Positions 48,358 to 57,288 of a stretch of DNA of 64,000 bases are shown here, in pieces. Within the stretch, counting starts at the first letter, position 1. Every line of letters starts with the position of its first letter. The DNA is from a virus. Its lineage: Duplodnaviria > Caudoviricetes. The position numbers and the translations under genes are program-made. The notes under the pieces were generated by a model, which worked only from the letters and a program-made list of their open reading frames with translations, ran no database searches and was not told where the DNA came from. The stretch spans positions 32,001-96,000 of IMG/VR virus record IMGVR_UViG_2061766007_000586; one strand, written 5' to 3'.

Positions 48358-49462
48358 CTAAAATCTCCTTGATTCTATCCCTAGTGAGCTCGGGATATTT
48401 TTGATGGACGTTGTCATAAATCAGATCAGGTAGATTACTTACTGTTATTAAAGGAAGATCATGCGTAATATCAGTTTGATACATCATGTCTTCTTTCTTA
48501 GCTTCAGTAATATGTTTTTCTGTGAAAACTGCATAAGGATATTTATCCTTCATTGCAGGCATTACAGCACTACCATCTCCGATTAACCGGATATGCATGA
48601 CGCGATTTAAAGCATTCTCGTAAATGAATGCTTGTTCAACGCGTCTATCTAAATACGACATTACCTCTTCTGTCGACGGATGTAAACTTAGATCAATTGT
48701 AATAAAAGGAACTGCCTCTTTATTCCTTATAAATCTAACAATTGATGTATGTTTATCAGGATCGTACTCTGCTGTCCAAAACCCTTTATCTTCTTCTTCA
48801 GCGTGTCTGAATCGTTCAAAGCTTCCACCAGAGATTACTTTATTCCAAATGCTAGGACTATGTACATGACCATTAAAAATATGACAACGTACTTTTGATT
48901 CTAACTTATTGTAGTCCAAACAATCATGTGGTCTAGTCGGTATCGTAGAAGGAAGTAAATGATCCCAAAAACCATGACAACAGAAATAATCTACAGCATC
49001 AAGATGATTTGCATCTAATACATCTAAGATAGCTTGTGTCACATCTTCATGTGGTTGATCATCTGGACAATACAAAATGTCAAGATTATACGGTGTAAAT
49101 CTCTCTACTTCAATCTTTTCAATAATCCGAATAAGTGGAATATCTTTGTACATAGGTATTTCTCTTGCACGATCAATAAATAAACGATTTTGATATCGAT
49201 CATGGGAGAATGTACCACGCAATACTCTAACGTAAATATGATTCTTGACTGCTAATTCAATTAATTCATCGATGATAAAGAGTGCAATGATGCCAGCATC
49301 AGAATTGAGGTTCAGAAGACAATCAAAGAAATCTCCACCCAACAATAGTAATTGTGCAGTTTCAATTTCTGGATACGCATACTTGCGTAAACTTTCATGT
49401 ATTCGATCAAGATAAACTTTTGGAGCACCAATATGAATATCTGTCAAGAATACAATTTTCAT
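48338..49462 (-). CDS. sbcD: SbcD/Mre11-like metallophosphoesterase nuclease
   Basis: TDIH, GGDFFD, GTFSHD, HG, GHVH, GSFER...EEDKGF. Confidence 0.88.
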   Translation of the reverse strand: MKIVFLTDIHIGAPKVYLDRIHESLRKYAYPEIETAQLLLLGGDFFDCLLNLNSDAGIIALFIIDELIELAVKNHIYVRVLRGTFSHDRYQNRLFIDRAREIPMYKDIPLIRIIEKIEVERFTPYNLDILYCPDDQPHEDVTQAILDVLDANHLDAVDYFCCHGFWDHLLPSTIPTRPHDCLDYNKLESKVRCHIFNGHVHSPSIWNKVISGGSFERFRHAEEEDKGFWTAEYDPDKHTSIVRFIRNKEAVPFITIDLSLHPSTEEVMSYLDRRVEQAFIYENALNRVMHIRLIGDGSAVMPAMKDKYPYAVFTEKHITEAKKEDMMYQTDITHDLPLITVSNLPDLIYDNVHQKYPELTRDRIKEILDGTGTD

Positions 49463-50124
49463 AAGAATTCTTCTACCTCTTCCGAACCTGGATTTACTGG
49501 AGTATTATTTCCTTGATATTGCCTAATGATTTCTTCAGATAATTCTTCTCCTGAATCTTCATTCTGCTGAACAGTTTTACCTGACTGAGCTAATGCTTGA
49601 GCTGCCATCTCTTGAGCTTGTTTCTTATTTGTATCAAGCTTATTCTGATCAGTCATGAGATTAATCGCAGTCTGTAAACTTTTGCTATAAGTTTGTTTCT
49701 TACGATCAAATCTATCATCAATGTCTGTTGCCGCAAGATTGTTGAATGCTTGCATGATATTCACACCATCTTTTCCAAGATTGTTCACAACACCAATCTT
49801 GTTATAAATGGCAGGTAGAGTTAAAACAACATTATCAGGTTTCAATAATTCCTCTACTGTAGAGAAACTCATATCTTTTACAATATAGACAGGATGATAA
49901 GGATCAATCCTATTCATGTATTCAAGAGACAAACCTCTTAATTCCTCTGCATTGATATCGCCAGATGTTTCAAACAATCTCTTGTACTGTTCAAAATCTT
50001 CTGTACTCATAATGTTCTTACGATATACTTGAAGATTGAACAAATGTGCCAGCTTCTTCGATTCTTCTGGGTCATCTAATCGATCAAAATCGACTGTACA
50101 ATTATCGTTGTTCTTTAAGTTCAT
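49459..50124 (-). CDS. conserved hypothetical protein of the chimallin block
   Basis: Start reassigned to MNLKNND (AAGGAGG); IDPYHPVYIV...LPAIY motif; overlaps the sbcD start. Confidence 0.55.
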   Translation of the reverse strand: MNLKNNDNCTVDFDRLDDPEESKKLAHLFNLQVYRKNIMSTEDFEQYKRLFETSGDINAEELRGLSLEYMNRIDPYHPVYIVKDMSFSTVEELLKPDNVVLTLPAIYNKIGVVNNLGKDGVNIMQAFNNLAATDIDDRFDRKKQTYSKSLQTAINLMTDQNKLDTNKKQAQEMAAQALAQSGKTVQQNEDSGEELSEEIIRQYQGNNTPVNPGSEEVEEFL

Positions 50125-50211
50125 GTGTACCTCCTTGTGTGTATAAAGTATATAATAAAAATTATTTAAAATTTTTAATAGGATGTGCTCAGATGAGCAC
50201 ATCCTACAAAA

Positions 50212-50601
50212 TTAATGAGCAAGCACAAATAAACCACTATGATCTTTTTTAATACGTTCCATTTGAATAACTGGATTTCCGATACTATCAATAATACGAA
50301 GATCCATAGTGTAACATGTTGGGTCGTTTTCATCAGGAATTACCTTGATATCACAAGTATATTCAGGATAATAATGATGAATAGCCTCGTTCAATAATTG
50401 CTGAATACCTGGCACGAGCTTAGAGCTATCTTCAGTATATTTTGCCATGCTCTTTCTCATACTCAGTAAACTATCATCATACCAAGATGAGATCCATCCT
50501 GGATTAAACATAAGAAATTTTAATAAACTAATCATCTTGTCTGATTTATTCTCAGCAAGTGGATGATTAATATCAAGTTGAGGTACAACTGCTTTTGCCA
50601 T
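50212..50601 (-). CDS. conserved small protein, probably a late virion component
   Basis: Start reassigned to MAKAVVP (AAGGAG); CATTTTATG at 50626-50634. Confidence 0.55.
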   Translation of the reverse strand: MAKAVVPQLDINHPLAENKSDKMISLLKFLMFNPGWISSWYDDSLLSMRKSMAKYTEDSSKLVPGIQQLLNEAIHHYYPEYTCDIKVIPDENDPTCYTMDLRIIDSIGNPVIQMERIKKDHSGLFVLAH

Positions 50602-50625
50602 AATTCTATCTCCTTCAATAAGATT

Positions 50626-50634
50626 CATAAAATG
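50626..50634 (-). promoter_or_regulatory. late-type promoter motif CATTTTATG
   Basis: Exact copy. Confidence 0.5.
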
Positions 50635-50645
50635 AAAAAACAAAG

Positions 50646-50676
50646 CTGTGCTGCATGGAAATTCCATGCAGCACAG
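50646..50676 (-). terminator. terminator
   Basis: CTGTGCTGCATGGAA-a-TTCCATGCAGCACAG. Confidence 0.75.
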
Positions 50677-50682
50677 TGAAGT

Positions 50683-51324
50683 TCAGACAGAAATGGTATT
50701 ACTTAAATCAGTAATATCTCTTCTTTGTCCATCCTCGCCAAGTTCTCTGGCTAATTCTTCCATTAAGAACTTACGAGATTGTTCGAGAATATCCATTTGC
50801 TCTTCCGTCATCTGGAAATCTATCTCTGCCGTATCATAGGTAGAGACGATAGCTTCAGGAAGATTGTCAGCATCGTCTGGATGAATTGTAATTCTACCAT
50901 TCTCAAGCTGTTTGCCATAGACATCCTCATCTGGGAATGTTGCTGGATCCCAGTTCCAAGCAGACAGTTTACCTTCTTTGAATAATTCAAATACGCCTGG
51001 TGTCATCAGGAGTGCAGGTTGCATACAAGCTGGCGCTGCAGCTAGTGCTTCTTCACTATCTATCACACGCCAATGTTCAGGATACAGAACACTTTGTGTA
51101 ACTTCACGTATCAGATTATCAGTTCGAGCAATTTGTCCTTGGATCAATCCCATGAAATTGCGATAATGCTCATTCATAGGATTTGAAATTTGGCCAAAGG
51201 CCACAGAAGCCGTACCACCCCATTTAGAATTGATGTTATCAAGCACAACTTGGCTTTGTACTCCACCAATCAATCCATAAAGTGTAGGTACGTTATCTAT
51301 TTGTTGTAAGGGTGCTACGAACAT
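50683..51324 (-). CDS. conserved chimallin-block protein (phiKZ gp59-like by synteny)
   Basis: APACMQPALLMTP...EDVY...NG and DITD patterns; position after the nvRNAP subunit. Confidence 0.45.
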   Translation of the reverse strand: MFVAPLQQIDNVPTLYGLIGGVQSQVVLDNINSKWGGTASVAFGQISNPMNEHYRNFMGLIQGQIARTDNLIREVTQSVLYPEHWRVIDSEEALAAAPACMQPALLMTPGVFELFKEGKLSAWNWDPATFPDEDVYGKQLENGRITIHPDDADNLPEAIVSTYDTAEIDFQMTEEQMDILEQSRKFLMEELARELGEDGQRRDITDLSNTISV

Positions 51325-51350
51325 GGTAGATCTCCTTGTACGTTGCCCTC

Positions 51351-51746
51351 TTACTCAATTTCTTCCATGGTTACAGTTTCAGCAACCGTCGTCTGTTCCT
51401 CAGGTTGTGTTTCACCTTCAGTAGCAGAAGCTGATTCTTCTGTTGTTTCAACAGAGATCTTAGTTTCAGCAGCCGCTTTCTCTGCTGCTTTCTTCTTATC
51501 AATCTCTGCCTTAACTGCGTTGACAAGATCTTTGATTGTATGGATCGATTCAATTGTCGGATCATCAATATCGATGAAATAGTTTTCTTCACACGACATG
51601 ATGAGTTCCTGAATTTCATACACATCAAGTTTCAGATCATCAACTAAATTTGAGTCCATGGTAATCGAATCGTTCAAGAGTTTATCGTTTGCTTGATAGA
51701 ACTCCTGAATAATCGATTTAATGAGATCGAAGATTTGTTTTGACAT
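51351..51746 (-). CDS. acyl-carrier-protein-like protein (DVY in place of DSL) with an acidic tail
   Basis: ITMDSNLVDDLKLDVYEIQELIMSCEENYFIDIDD...IHTIKDLVNAV aligns with AcpP. Confidence 0.75.
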   Translation of the reverse strand: MSKQIFDLIKSIIQEFYQANDKLLNDSITMDSNLVDDLKLDVYEIQELIMSCEENYFIDIDDPTIESIHTIKDLVNAVKAEIDKKKAAEKAAAETKISVETTEESASATEGETQPEEQTTVAETVTMEEIE

Positions 51747-51758
51747 AACGCGTCCTTG

Positions 51759-53228
51759 TTATGAATTGTAAATGTAATCTGGATCGGGTTTGGCTTGAGT
51801 CTGATCAAGTAACCAAGCATTCATAGCTAATGAAGCCTGATCAGTGATCTGAATATCCGAAGATATCAATGATTCGGATGATGCGAGCAGAACGTTAGTC
51901 GGATGAATACCCATAAACTTAGGTGCTTCAGCCATTTCTTTCAAGAACAACATGTGCATTGCATCACCATCAAAATCATAGTTCGGTGCTGCTGAAGCAA
52001 GAGCACTGATAGATACAGTTGCATCTTCATACTCAGGTTTCACACGTGTCGCATAAAGAAGGAAGATTGCACCAAGTCTTAATGACGGATTTCGACCCAT
52101 CAGGATTGGTAATCCTTTATACGGACATTCTGCTATAAGGATATTAATGATTTCATAGATCATAGGATCAAATTGGGCCAGAGCTCTTTCATGTAATTCC
52201 AGAGCTTGTGGACCAGTATAACCTTTACGATTCATGAGCACATTAACAATTTCCAATTTCAATTCCGCAACTGCCATAAGCCACGGAATATAAATTTCGT
52301 CGTAATTGTGTATATCTGAAATCGGCACAATCACAGCACGAGCACTACAATACAGACGAGCACCTAAGAGTTGCTTACGAATGAATCCTATCTTCTTCAA
52401 CAGCTTCTTATTCAGAATTGCTAAAGTATAATCAAGGAATGCATTATAGATAACCCACATGCGTTCGTCAATATACGATTTGCTATATGTGCTATTATGA
52501 TACACATAAATCAGATGACACATTTCCAACTTGGCTTGGATGATATATCCTACAACTCCATCGTTATACGAAATAGTTCCACTCTTTGTTCCTAAGTGTA
52601 AGCTACTGTTTAATGCTGGAATATGTCTGGTAAACATCCTATCACGATACTTTGCAACAAACTGAAGAGCTGCTTCAGTTCGTGGTTTCTCTGTTGGAGT
52701 ATTATACTTCTTCAGAGATGCAAAATACTGAATGATGTTATCAAAGTTATTGTAGAAATACCAGAAGCCTTGACTAAGAATGCCTTGGTACTCTGCAGGA
52801 AGAGGCTGGTTAACATTCATTAACGCAGGCAGAAGTCCTTGTTTTGGATGTAGCCAATTTTCCAAGACTCGATATGCTCCAGGATGAAGAACAGGTGGAA
52901 GGAAATCAGGGATCTCTAACCATCTTTTAAACTTCAATTCTTCAGCAAAGTTTGTCTTGACTATTGTACCACACTTAGGACAACAGATCCCTTCCATGTA
53001 GTTTCCTGACAAATGACCGCAATCACAAGATGCAATATTGGTCAAATCTCGTGATCCATCTTGGAAGAACAGTTGCTTATTCTTAGCCATCTGATCTTTA
53101 ACAAGAACCGAATCTTCGGTATATTGAATCACAAGTGCACCTTCATCTTCAGCAAACAATTGATCATAGTTCACTAAGGATAAGGATGCTAATTCAAAAA
53201 ATTCTTGTAGACTGCATCTTTCGTCCAC
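51759..53228 (-). CDS. non-virion RNA polymerase beta-prime N-terminal subunit (phiKZ gp55-like)
   Basis: CDCG...CPKCG zinc finger, ARAVI, RNPSL, catalytic NYDFDGD; GTG start with GGAGG. Confidence 0.9.
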   Translation of the reverse strand: MDERCSLQEFFELASLSLVNYDQLFAEDEGALVIQYTEDSVLVKDQMAKNKQLFFQDGSRDLTNIASCDCGHLSGNYMEGICCPKCGTIVKTNFAEELKFKRWLEIPDFLPPVLHPGAYRVLENWLHPKQGLLPALMNVNQPLPAEYQGILSQGFWYFYNNFDNIIQYFASLKKYNTPTEKPRTEAALQFVAKYRDRMFTRHIPALNSSLHLGTKSGTISYNDGVVGYIIQAKLEMCHLIYVYHNSTYSKSYIDERMWVIYNAFLDYTLAILNKKLLKKIGFIRKQLLGARLYCSARAVIVPISDIHNYDEIYIPWLMAVAELKLEIVNVLMNRKGYTGPQALELHERALAQFDPMIYEIINILIAECPYKGLPILMGRNPSLRLGAIFLLYATRVKPEYEDATVSISALASAAPNYDFDGDAMHMLFLKEMAEAPKFMGIHPTNVLLASSESLISSDIQITDQASLAMNAWLLDQTQAKPDPDYIYNS

Positions 53229-53314
53229 TTGTCACCTCCACATGTGCTTAGGATTATTGGAAAAAGAACATCAGGTACAGTTTATTCAACCATACCTGAT
53301 GTTACAGAATTCAA

Positions 53315-55006
53315 TCAATGATAAGCCATGTAGATTCCGTTGTTATAGCCCTGGCTCATGAGACCGTTGGTCAGCGGCACATTCGTCATCTGGCTAATGA
53401 GAGACGGAAGAGTGATCGGAGTATCGAGAGAAGTCGGAGTGACATACTTCACGACACTGGCAAGGAGCTGAGTCAGATAATTGATATAGCCATTGTTGAA
53501 GAACACGCCAGTGGAACGATACGTGATCTTAGCGGAATCTTCGCCGAGCAGCGAAGCAATGGCCTTCATGCGATAATCAGACTGAGCATACTGCTCGAGG
53601 AAGGAGTTGATGACCGGAGTCTGCGTCTTAGTCGCAGTGACAAAGTTGAGATAATCGCCGAAGCGAGTATCGAGACGCTTACCTTCGAAGAGCATATTGC
53701 CTTCATAATTCGTGAAGATGTACTCGGTATTGATAACGTTGTAGTTAAATCCGAGACCAGGAGTAGTGAGTCCATAATAATCAGCAGTGCATTCGCACAT
53801 CGTGATCTGATTGTTAGCAACCCAAACCGGATTCGCTTCAGTACCAATATTCGACTTACGAACATCATAGAGAAGTTCGAGCTTCGGAAGGTGTGCACGA
53901 CCTTCCGGAATATCGATCATGATACCAGCAGGCAGAACATGAGGAGTCATCTCAATATTCATTTCTTCAGGAGAACTGAAGAACTTGAGAGTCTTGTTCT
54001 GGACATCCTGGAACAGATAACCGAGGTTCGGCTGATCCTTGGCGAACGTTGAATACGGCTTCTTCCAAAGGTTCATAGAAGCAATATGATTTGCAACGAT
54101 CGGCAGAGCGATATTGAGTGCTGCAAGAACCGGAACTTCAGCCGTGATATTGGTTATCACAAGAACTGGATAGAACTTCGCAACATTGTCGATATTCGTC
54201 TTAATGAAGCGAGTATAACCACCGACTGCCAGCATAGGAGTACGGAGATAATCCTGCGTATACTGATAACCCTGGAAGTTGCGAGAAGTATCATCGAACT
54301 CCAGGAGAACGCCCCAGTCAACACGATCCTGGATGACATGAGGAGACTTACGATCGATGTAAGCCTTAACAGCGTTGACGTTCGTATTAGCGGAAATCTT
54401 CATGTCACGATAGACAGAAGCGTTGATCTTGATGCTCGGATCATAAGCCACGAACGTATTGTAGATGTGAGCACCCATGCGATCTGCACGAGTATAGTCA
54501 CCAGCTTCCTTGTCAACGACAATGGACTGGACCAGATTAAGCTTGTTGCTAGTCTGGATAGCCGGAACACGGTCGATCAGAGGAACAAGGCACGGATTGT
54601 AAGATTCCGTGAAGAGGAGCAGGATAGCATTTCCTGTACTCTTGTCGATAAGCACACGATATTCACCCGCGATGCTGTCGGTACCAGGCATGACATCAAC
54701 TTTGCGAGGATGCATCTTGATACTGTCAATCGTATTGATGATATCTTCAATGTACTTCGTTCCTTCAGGACTCAGAGAACTGATCTGATGGAAGAAACCG
54801 ATAACATCTTTACGAGTTGCGGTAGATTCCACATTTGCAGTTTCCTGGATCGGCGGAGGAGGTGGCATTACCGGAGGTGCAGGCGGTGCAGGAGGAACTA
54901 CCGGTGCAGTGTTCACGGTTTCATCGGACGTCTCGATCTGGACAGAGAGACCTTTCTTGCTCGTTGCAGCTGTAGCTGCAGACTTCGTCTTGACGACTTT
55001 ACCCAT
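53315..55006 (-). CDS. chmA: chimallin (phage nuclear shell protein)
   Basis: Directly upstream of the gp55-like subunit; early promoter; strong codon bias; PVLVIT, LGYL, IDIPEG, RLDTRFGDYL and ITY...VFFN motifs resemble chimallin. Divergent, so an HMM check is needed. Confidence 0.72.
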   Translation of the reverse strand: MGKVVKTKSAATAATSKKGLSVQIETSDETVNTAPVVPPAPPAPPVMPPPPPIQETANVESTATRKDVIGFFHQISSLSPEGTKYIEDIINTIDSIKMHPRKVDVMPGTDSIAGEYRVLIDKSTGNAILLLFTESYNPCLVPLIDRVPAIQTSNKLNLVQSIVVDKEAGDYTRADRMGAHIYNTFVAYDPSIKINASVYRDMKISANTNVNAVKAYIDRKSPHVIQDRVDWGVLLEFDDTSRNFQGYQYTQDYLRTPMLAVGGYTRFIKTNIDNVAKFYPVLVITNITAEVPVLAALNIALPIVANHIASMNLWKKPYSTFAKDQPNLGYLFQDVQNKTLKFFSSPEEMNIEMTPHVLPAGIMIDIPEGRAHLPKLELLYDVRKSNIGTEANPVWVANNQITMCECTADYYGLTTPGLGFNYNVINTEYIFTNYEGNMLFEGKRLDTRFGDYLNFVTATKTQTPVINSFLEQYAQSDYRMKAIASLLGEDSAKITYRSTGVFFNNGYINYLTQLLASVVKYVTPTSLDTPITLPSLISQMTNVPLTNGLMSQGYNNGIYMAYH

Positions 55007-55069
55007 TGTAAGGGTCCTTTCTTTGGTTTTGTGATATCACATTTAGAGGAAGTTCATTCCTCTAATATA

Positions 55070-55077
55070 GTAATATA
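55070..55077 (-). promoter_or_regulatory. early-type promoter TATATTAC for chimallin, followed by a 5' hairpin (55043-55065)
   Basis: Exact motif; TTAGAGGAA / TTCCTCTAA inverted repeat in the leader. Confidence 0.65.
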
Positions 55078-55158
55078 TATTTGTTAAAAAAATGAATCGA
55101 ATCTTTTTGGCATTTTATACCGGACAAGTACGATATATTATTTATAAGGATAAGCACC

Positions 55159-56313
55159 ATGCTTAGTACAATCTTAAACCTTACAACAACAGGAAATGAA
55201 AAGCCTATTGTTGCTTGGCTTAGGATGTTATCATACATTTCGTTAAAAACTAACATGTATACAGATGCCGTAATTCACGGAACTACTGTTATAACACCCT
55301 GGGTCAATAAGATCTTAAAAATTCTAAACGCGATTGATGCTGAGTCACTTAATAAACTTCCACCAGCACAAAGATACGCTAAGATACTCATGGATTGTGA
55401 CATCCGATTGATCAACCAATTAGCTCCTAATTATAGTGTATCAAGTTTACAAAACTGTTTTGCTAATCCTGTTACAGGAGAAGTAGTTCAGGAATACATG
55501 ATACCATGCAGAAGCGAATTTCCTTTAATGGATTTACCATTAGGAAAAAGACTTGATCAATGGAAGGATGTAAATCCAATCAATATCATTTATAACGACT
55601 CCACAGAATTATGTAGTTATATTCTAAAGATGCAATATCAATACAAACGTTCCGCTCCGAAGATGATAATTGCGGCAATAGATTTACCAGCATTAGCTAT
55701 GAAGTATTGTGTCTATGTGGATGAAATGCAACAGACTGGAAAGTCTTATAACGCATCGTCCTTCATAAAAGAATATCTGATGAATAATTTTTACAATGAT
55801 TGTGTACGTTGTTATATCTTTACATTAATCAAGAACTTCTTTGATAATGAAGATTTAGAACCCACATCTTCTTTAATTGTAGATTTTGCTGCAGTCAAAT
55901 CTGCACAAGAAAATCTAGATCTTTTTTATCACCAACTTAAGAAAAAGAATTACTCAGTCAATGACTTCATTTACACCAAATGGATTCCTGACTTATCTGG
56001 TCCTATCTCCATATATAAATATATGAAGTGGTTTGATCGTCATATCACTTTACCAGATTTTGCACAAGCAAGATATTTAAAGTTCTTAACTCAATATCCA
56101 CTTCTGTATATTCTGGTTAAATTGTATAACTTATCAGACAAACCGAATGATAAGATTATTAAACGTGCACTTTACTTTAAACTTTACAACTTAAATCGCT
56201 CAGGTGTTTTATCGCTGTGCAATAATAGAAAGTTGAAAAGTAAACTTCATCACGATATTAGAGAATTGATCGATCTTTGCAGACCGGACGAATTCTCCCC
56301 GTCGCTAAGCTAA
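55159..56313 (+). CDS. hypothetical protein divergent from chimallin (possibly a conserved core gene)
   Basis: 384-aa ORF; IAAIDLPALAMKY motif; synteny. Confidence 0.55.
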   Translation: MLSTILNLTTTGNEKPIVAWLRMLSYISLKTNMYTDAVIHGTTVITPWVNKILKILNAIDAESLNKLPPAQRYAKILMDCDIRLINQLAPNYSVSSLQNCFANPVTGEVVQEYMIPCRSEFPLMDLPLGKRLDQWKDVNPINIIYNDSTELCSYILKMQYQYKRSAPKMIIAAIDLPALAMKYCVYVDEMQQTGKSYNASSFIKEYLMNNFYNDCVRCYIFTLIKNFFDNEDLEPTSSLIVDFAAVKSAQENLDLFYHQLKKKNYSVNDFIYTKWIPDLSGPISIYKYMKWFDRHITLPDFAQARYLKFLTQYPLLYILVKLYNLSDKPNDKIIKRALYFKLYNLNRSGVLSLCNNRKLKSKLHHDIRELIDLCRPDEFSPSLS

Positions 56314-56371
56314 GTGATTTCTCACTTAACTCGCATAATATATACTAATATCAATACAAAAAAATTTGTAT

Positions 56372-56402
56372 CACAAGCTACTCCAAGTCGGAGTAGCTTG
56401 TG
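56372..56402. terminator. terminator between the CDS and the tRNA cluster
   Basis: CACAAGCTACTCC / GGAGTAGCTTGTG. Confidence 0.7.
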
Positions 56403-56415
56403 TTATTTATTAATT

Positions 56416-56491
56416 TGGTGCTCTGGCTGGGACTCGAACCCAGGACTCACGCCTTAAAAGGGCGTTACTCTACCGACTGAGTTACCAGAGC
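56416..56491 (-). tRNA. tRNA-Lys(UUU)
   Basis: Cloverleaf; ACGCC-CTTTTAA-GGCGT anticodon arm, TTCGAG T-loop, encoded CCA. Confidence 0.93.
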
Positions 56492-56494
56492 AAA

Positions 56495-56579
56495 TGGTGG
56501 TAGGGGATGGATTCTAACCATCGAAGGCTGAGCCGGCGGATTTACAGTCCGCTGCATTTGAACACTCTGCAACCCTACC
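56495..56579 (-). tRNA. tRNA-Tyr(GUA)
   Basis: GCGGA-CTGTAAA-TCCGC, long variable arm, CCA; atypical T-loop TTAGAAT. Confidence 0.9.
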
Positions 56580-56590
56580 AATGAATCAAG

Positions 56591-56666
56591 TGGTGCCTGT
56601 GATACGATTCGAACGTACACTACACAGATTCTAATTCTGTTGCCTCTGCCGTTGGGCTACACAGGC
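56591..56666 (-). tRNA. tRNA with UAG anticodon (nominally Leu), short variable loop
   Basis: ACAGA-ATTAGAA-TCTGT, TTCGAAT, CCA; 76 nt. Confidence 0.85.
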
Positions 56667-56740
56667 AATCGATGTATAAGATATACTACTATACACAATA
56701 AATATAACAACTCATCCTATAGCCAATTAAGGAGGTTCAT

Positions 56741-57277
56741 ATGGAAGACATTTCTGATTTAATGAATAAGAAAATGTTTTATGTTTCTATTCCTGAAGTT
56801 TATACTAAAGTTATACCTAAATATTTTTTACAAAAATCAAAACCAGATTTACCGAGATTAAATGGAAGACCTGTTTCGGTTGAAGAATTCAACGAGAAAT
56901 TCCCGGACTATCAATTCGAAGAAGGATTCATTCCAGACATGGTGTACAATCCCCCAGAACAAAATGTAGCTACAGCTTTCGATTCAGTTGCCGACATGGT
57001 AGATATGATCGATAACAATACTACATTTTGTTTATTTAAACCAAGAGAAAATTATCCAAAGGTAATCGAAATATTAGATACCTATATTTACGAATTACAA
57101 CGTGTTGCTCCGGGTCATCCAGAACTAGAAGTCTATTTGAAAAAAGCAGAAGCAGCAGGACTTCTATTTCATGATAGTTATGAAAGATATAAAAACCATT
57201 ACTCTTATCGTGCTACTGGTGAACCAGATCCTGACTTTGACAACAAATATGGCATGATAGCTCGCAACTTCGTATAA
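56741..57277 (+). CDS. hypothetical protein, probably virion-associated
   Basis: AAGGAGG RBS; in an operon with the next gene. Confidence 0.55.
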   Translation: MEDISDLMNKKMFYVSIPEVYTKVIPKYFLQKSKPDLPRLNGRPVSVEEFNEKFPDYQFEEGFIPDMVYNPPEQNVATAFDSVADMVDMIDNNTTFCLFKPRENYPKVIEILDTYIYELQRVAPGHPELEVYLKKAEAAGLLFHDSYERYKNHYSYRATGEPDPDFDNKYGMIARNFV

Positions 57278-57288
57278 GGTAATCGACT

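Noticed and set aside
44191-53228. Inteins or introns in the terminase or nvRNAP subunit
   Set aside because: Lengths and motif spacing are continuous; no intein splice motifs or endonuclease domains seen.
53318-55087. Long plus-strand ORFs (244 and 333 aa) opposite chimallin; similar ones opposite the capsid gene and at 19717..20304 and 35307..35843
   Set aside because: Antisense shadows caused by codon bias in the real genes; no RBS or recognisable motifs.
56591-56666. Amber suppressor tRNA or stop-codon recoding
   Set aside because: The anticodon is UAG (reads CUA), not CUA. Core genes are intact in code 11, and TAG and TGA both end genes.
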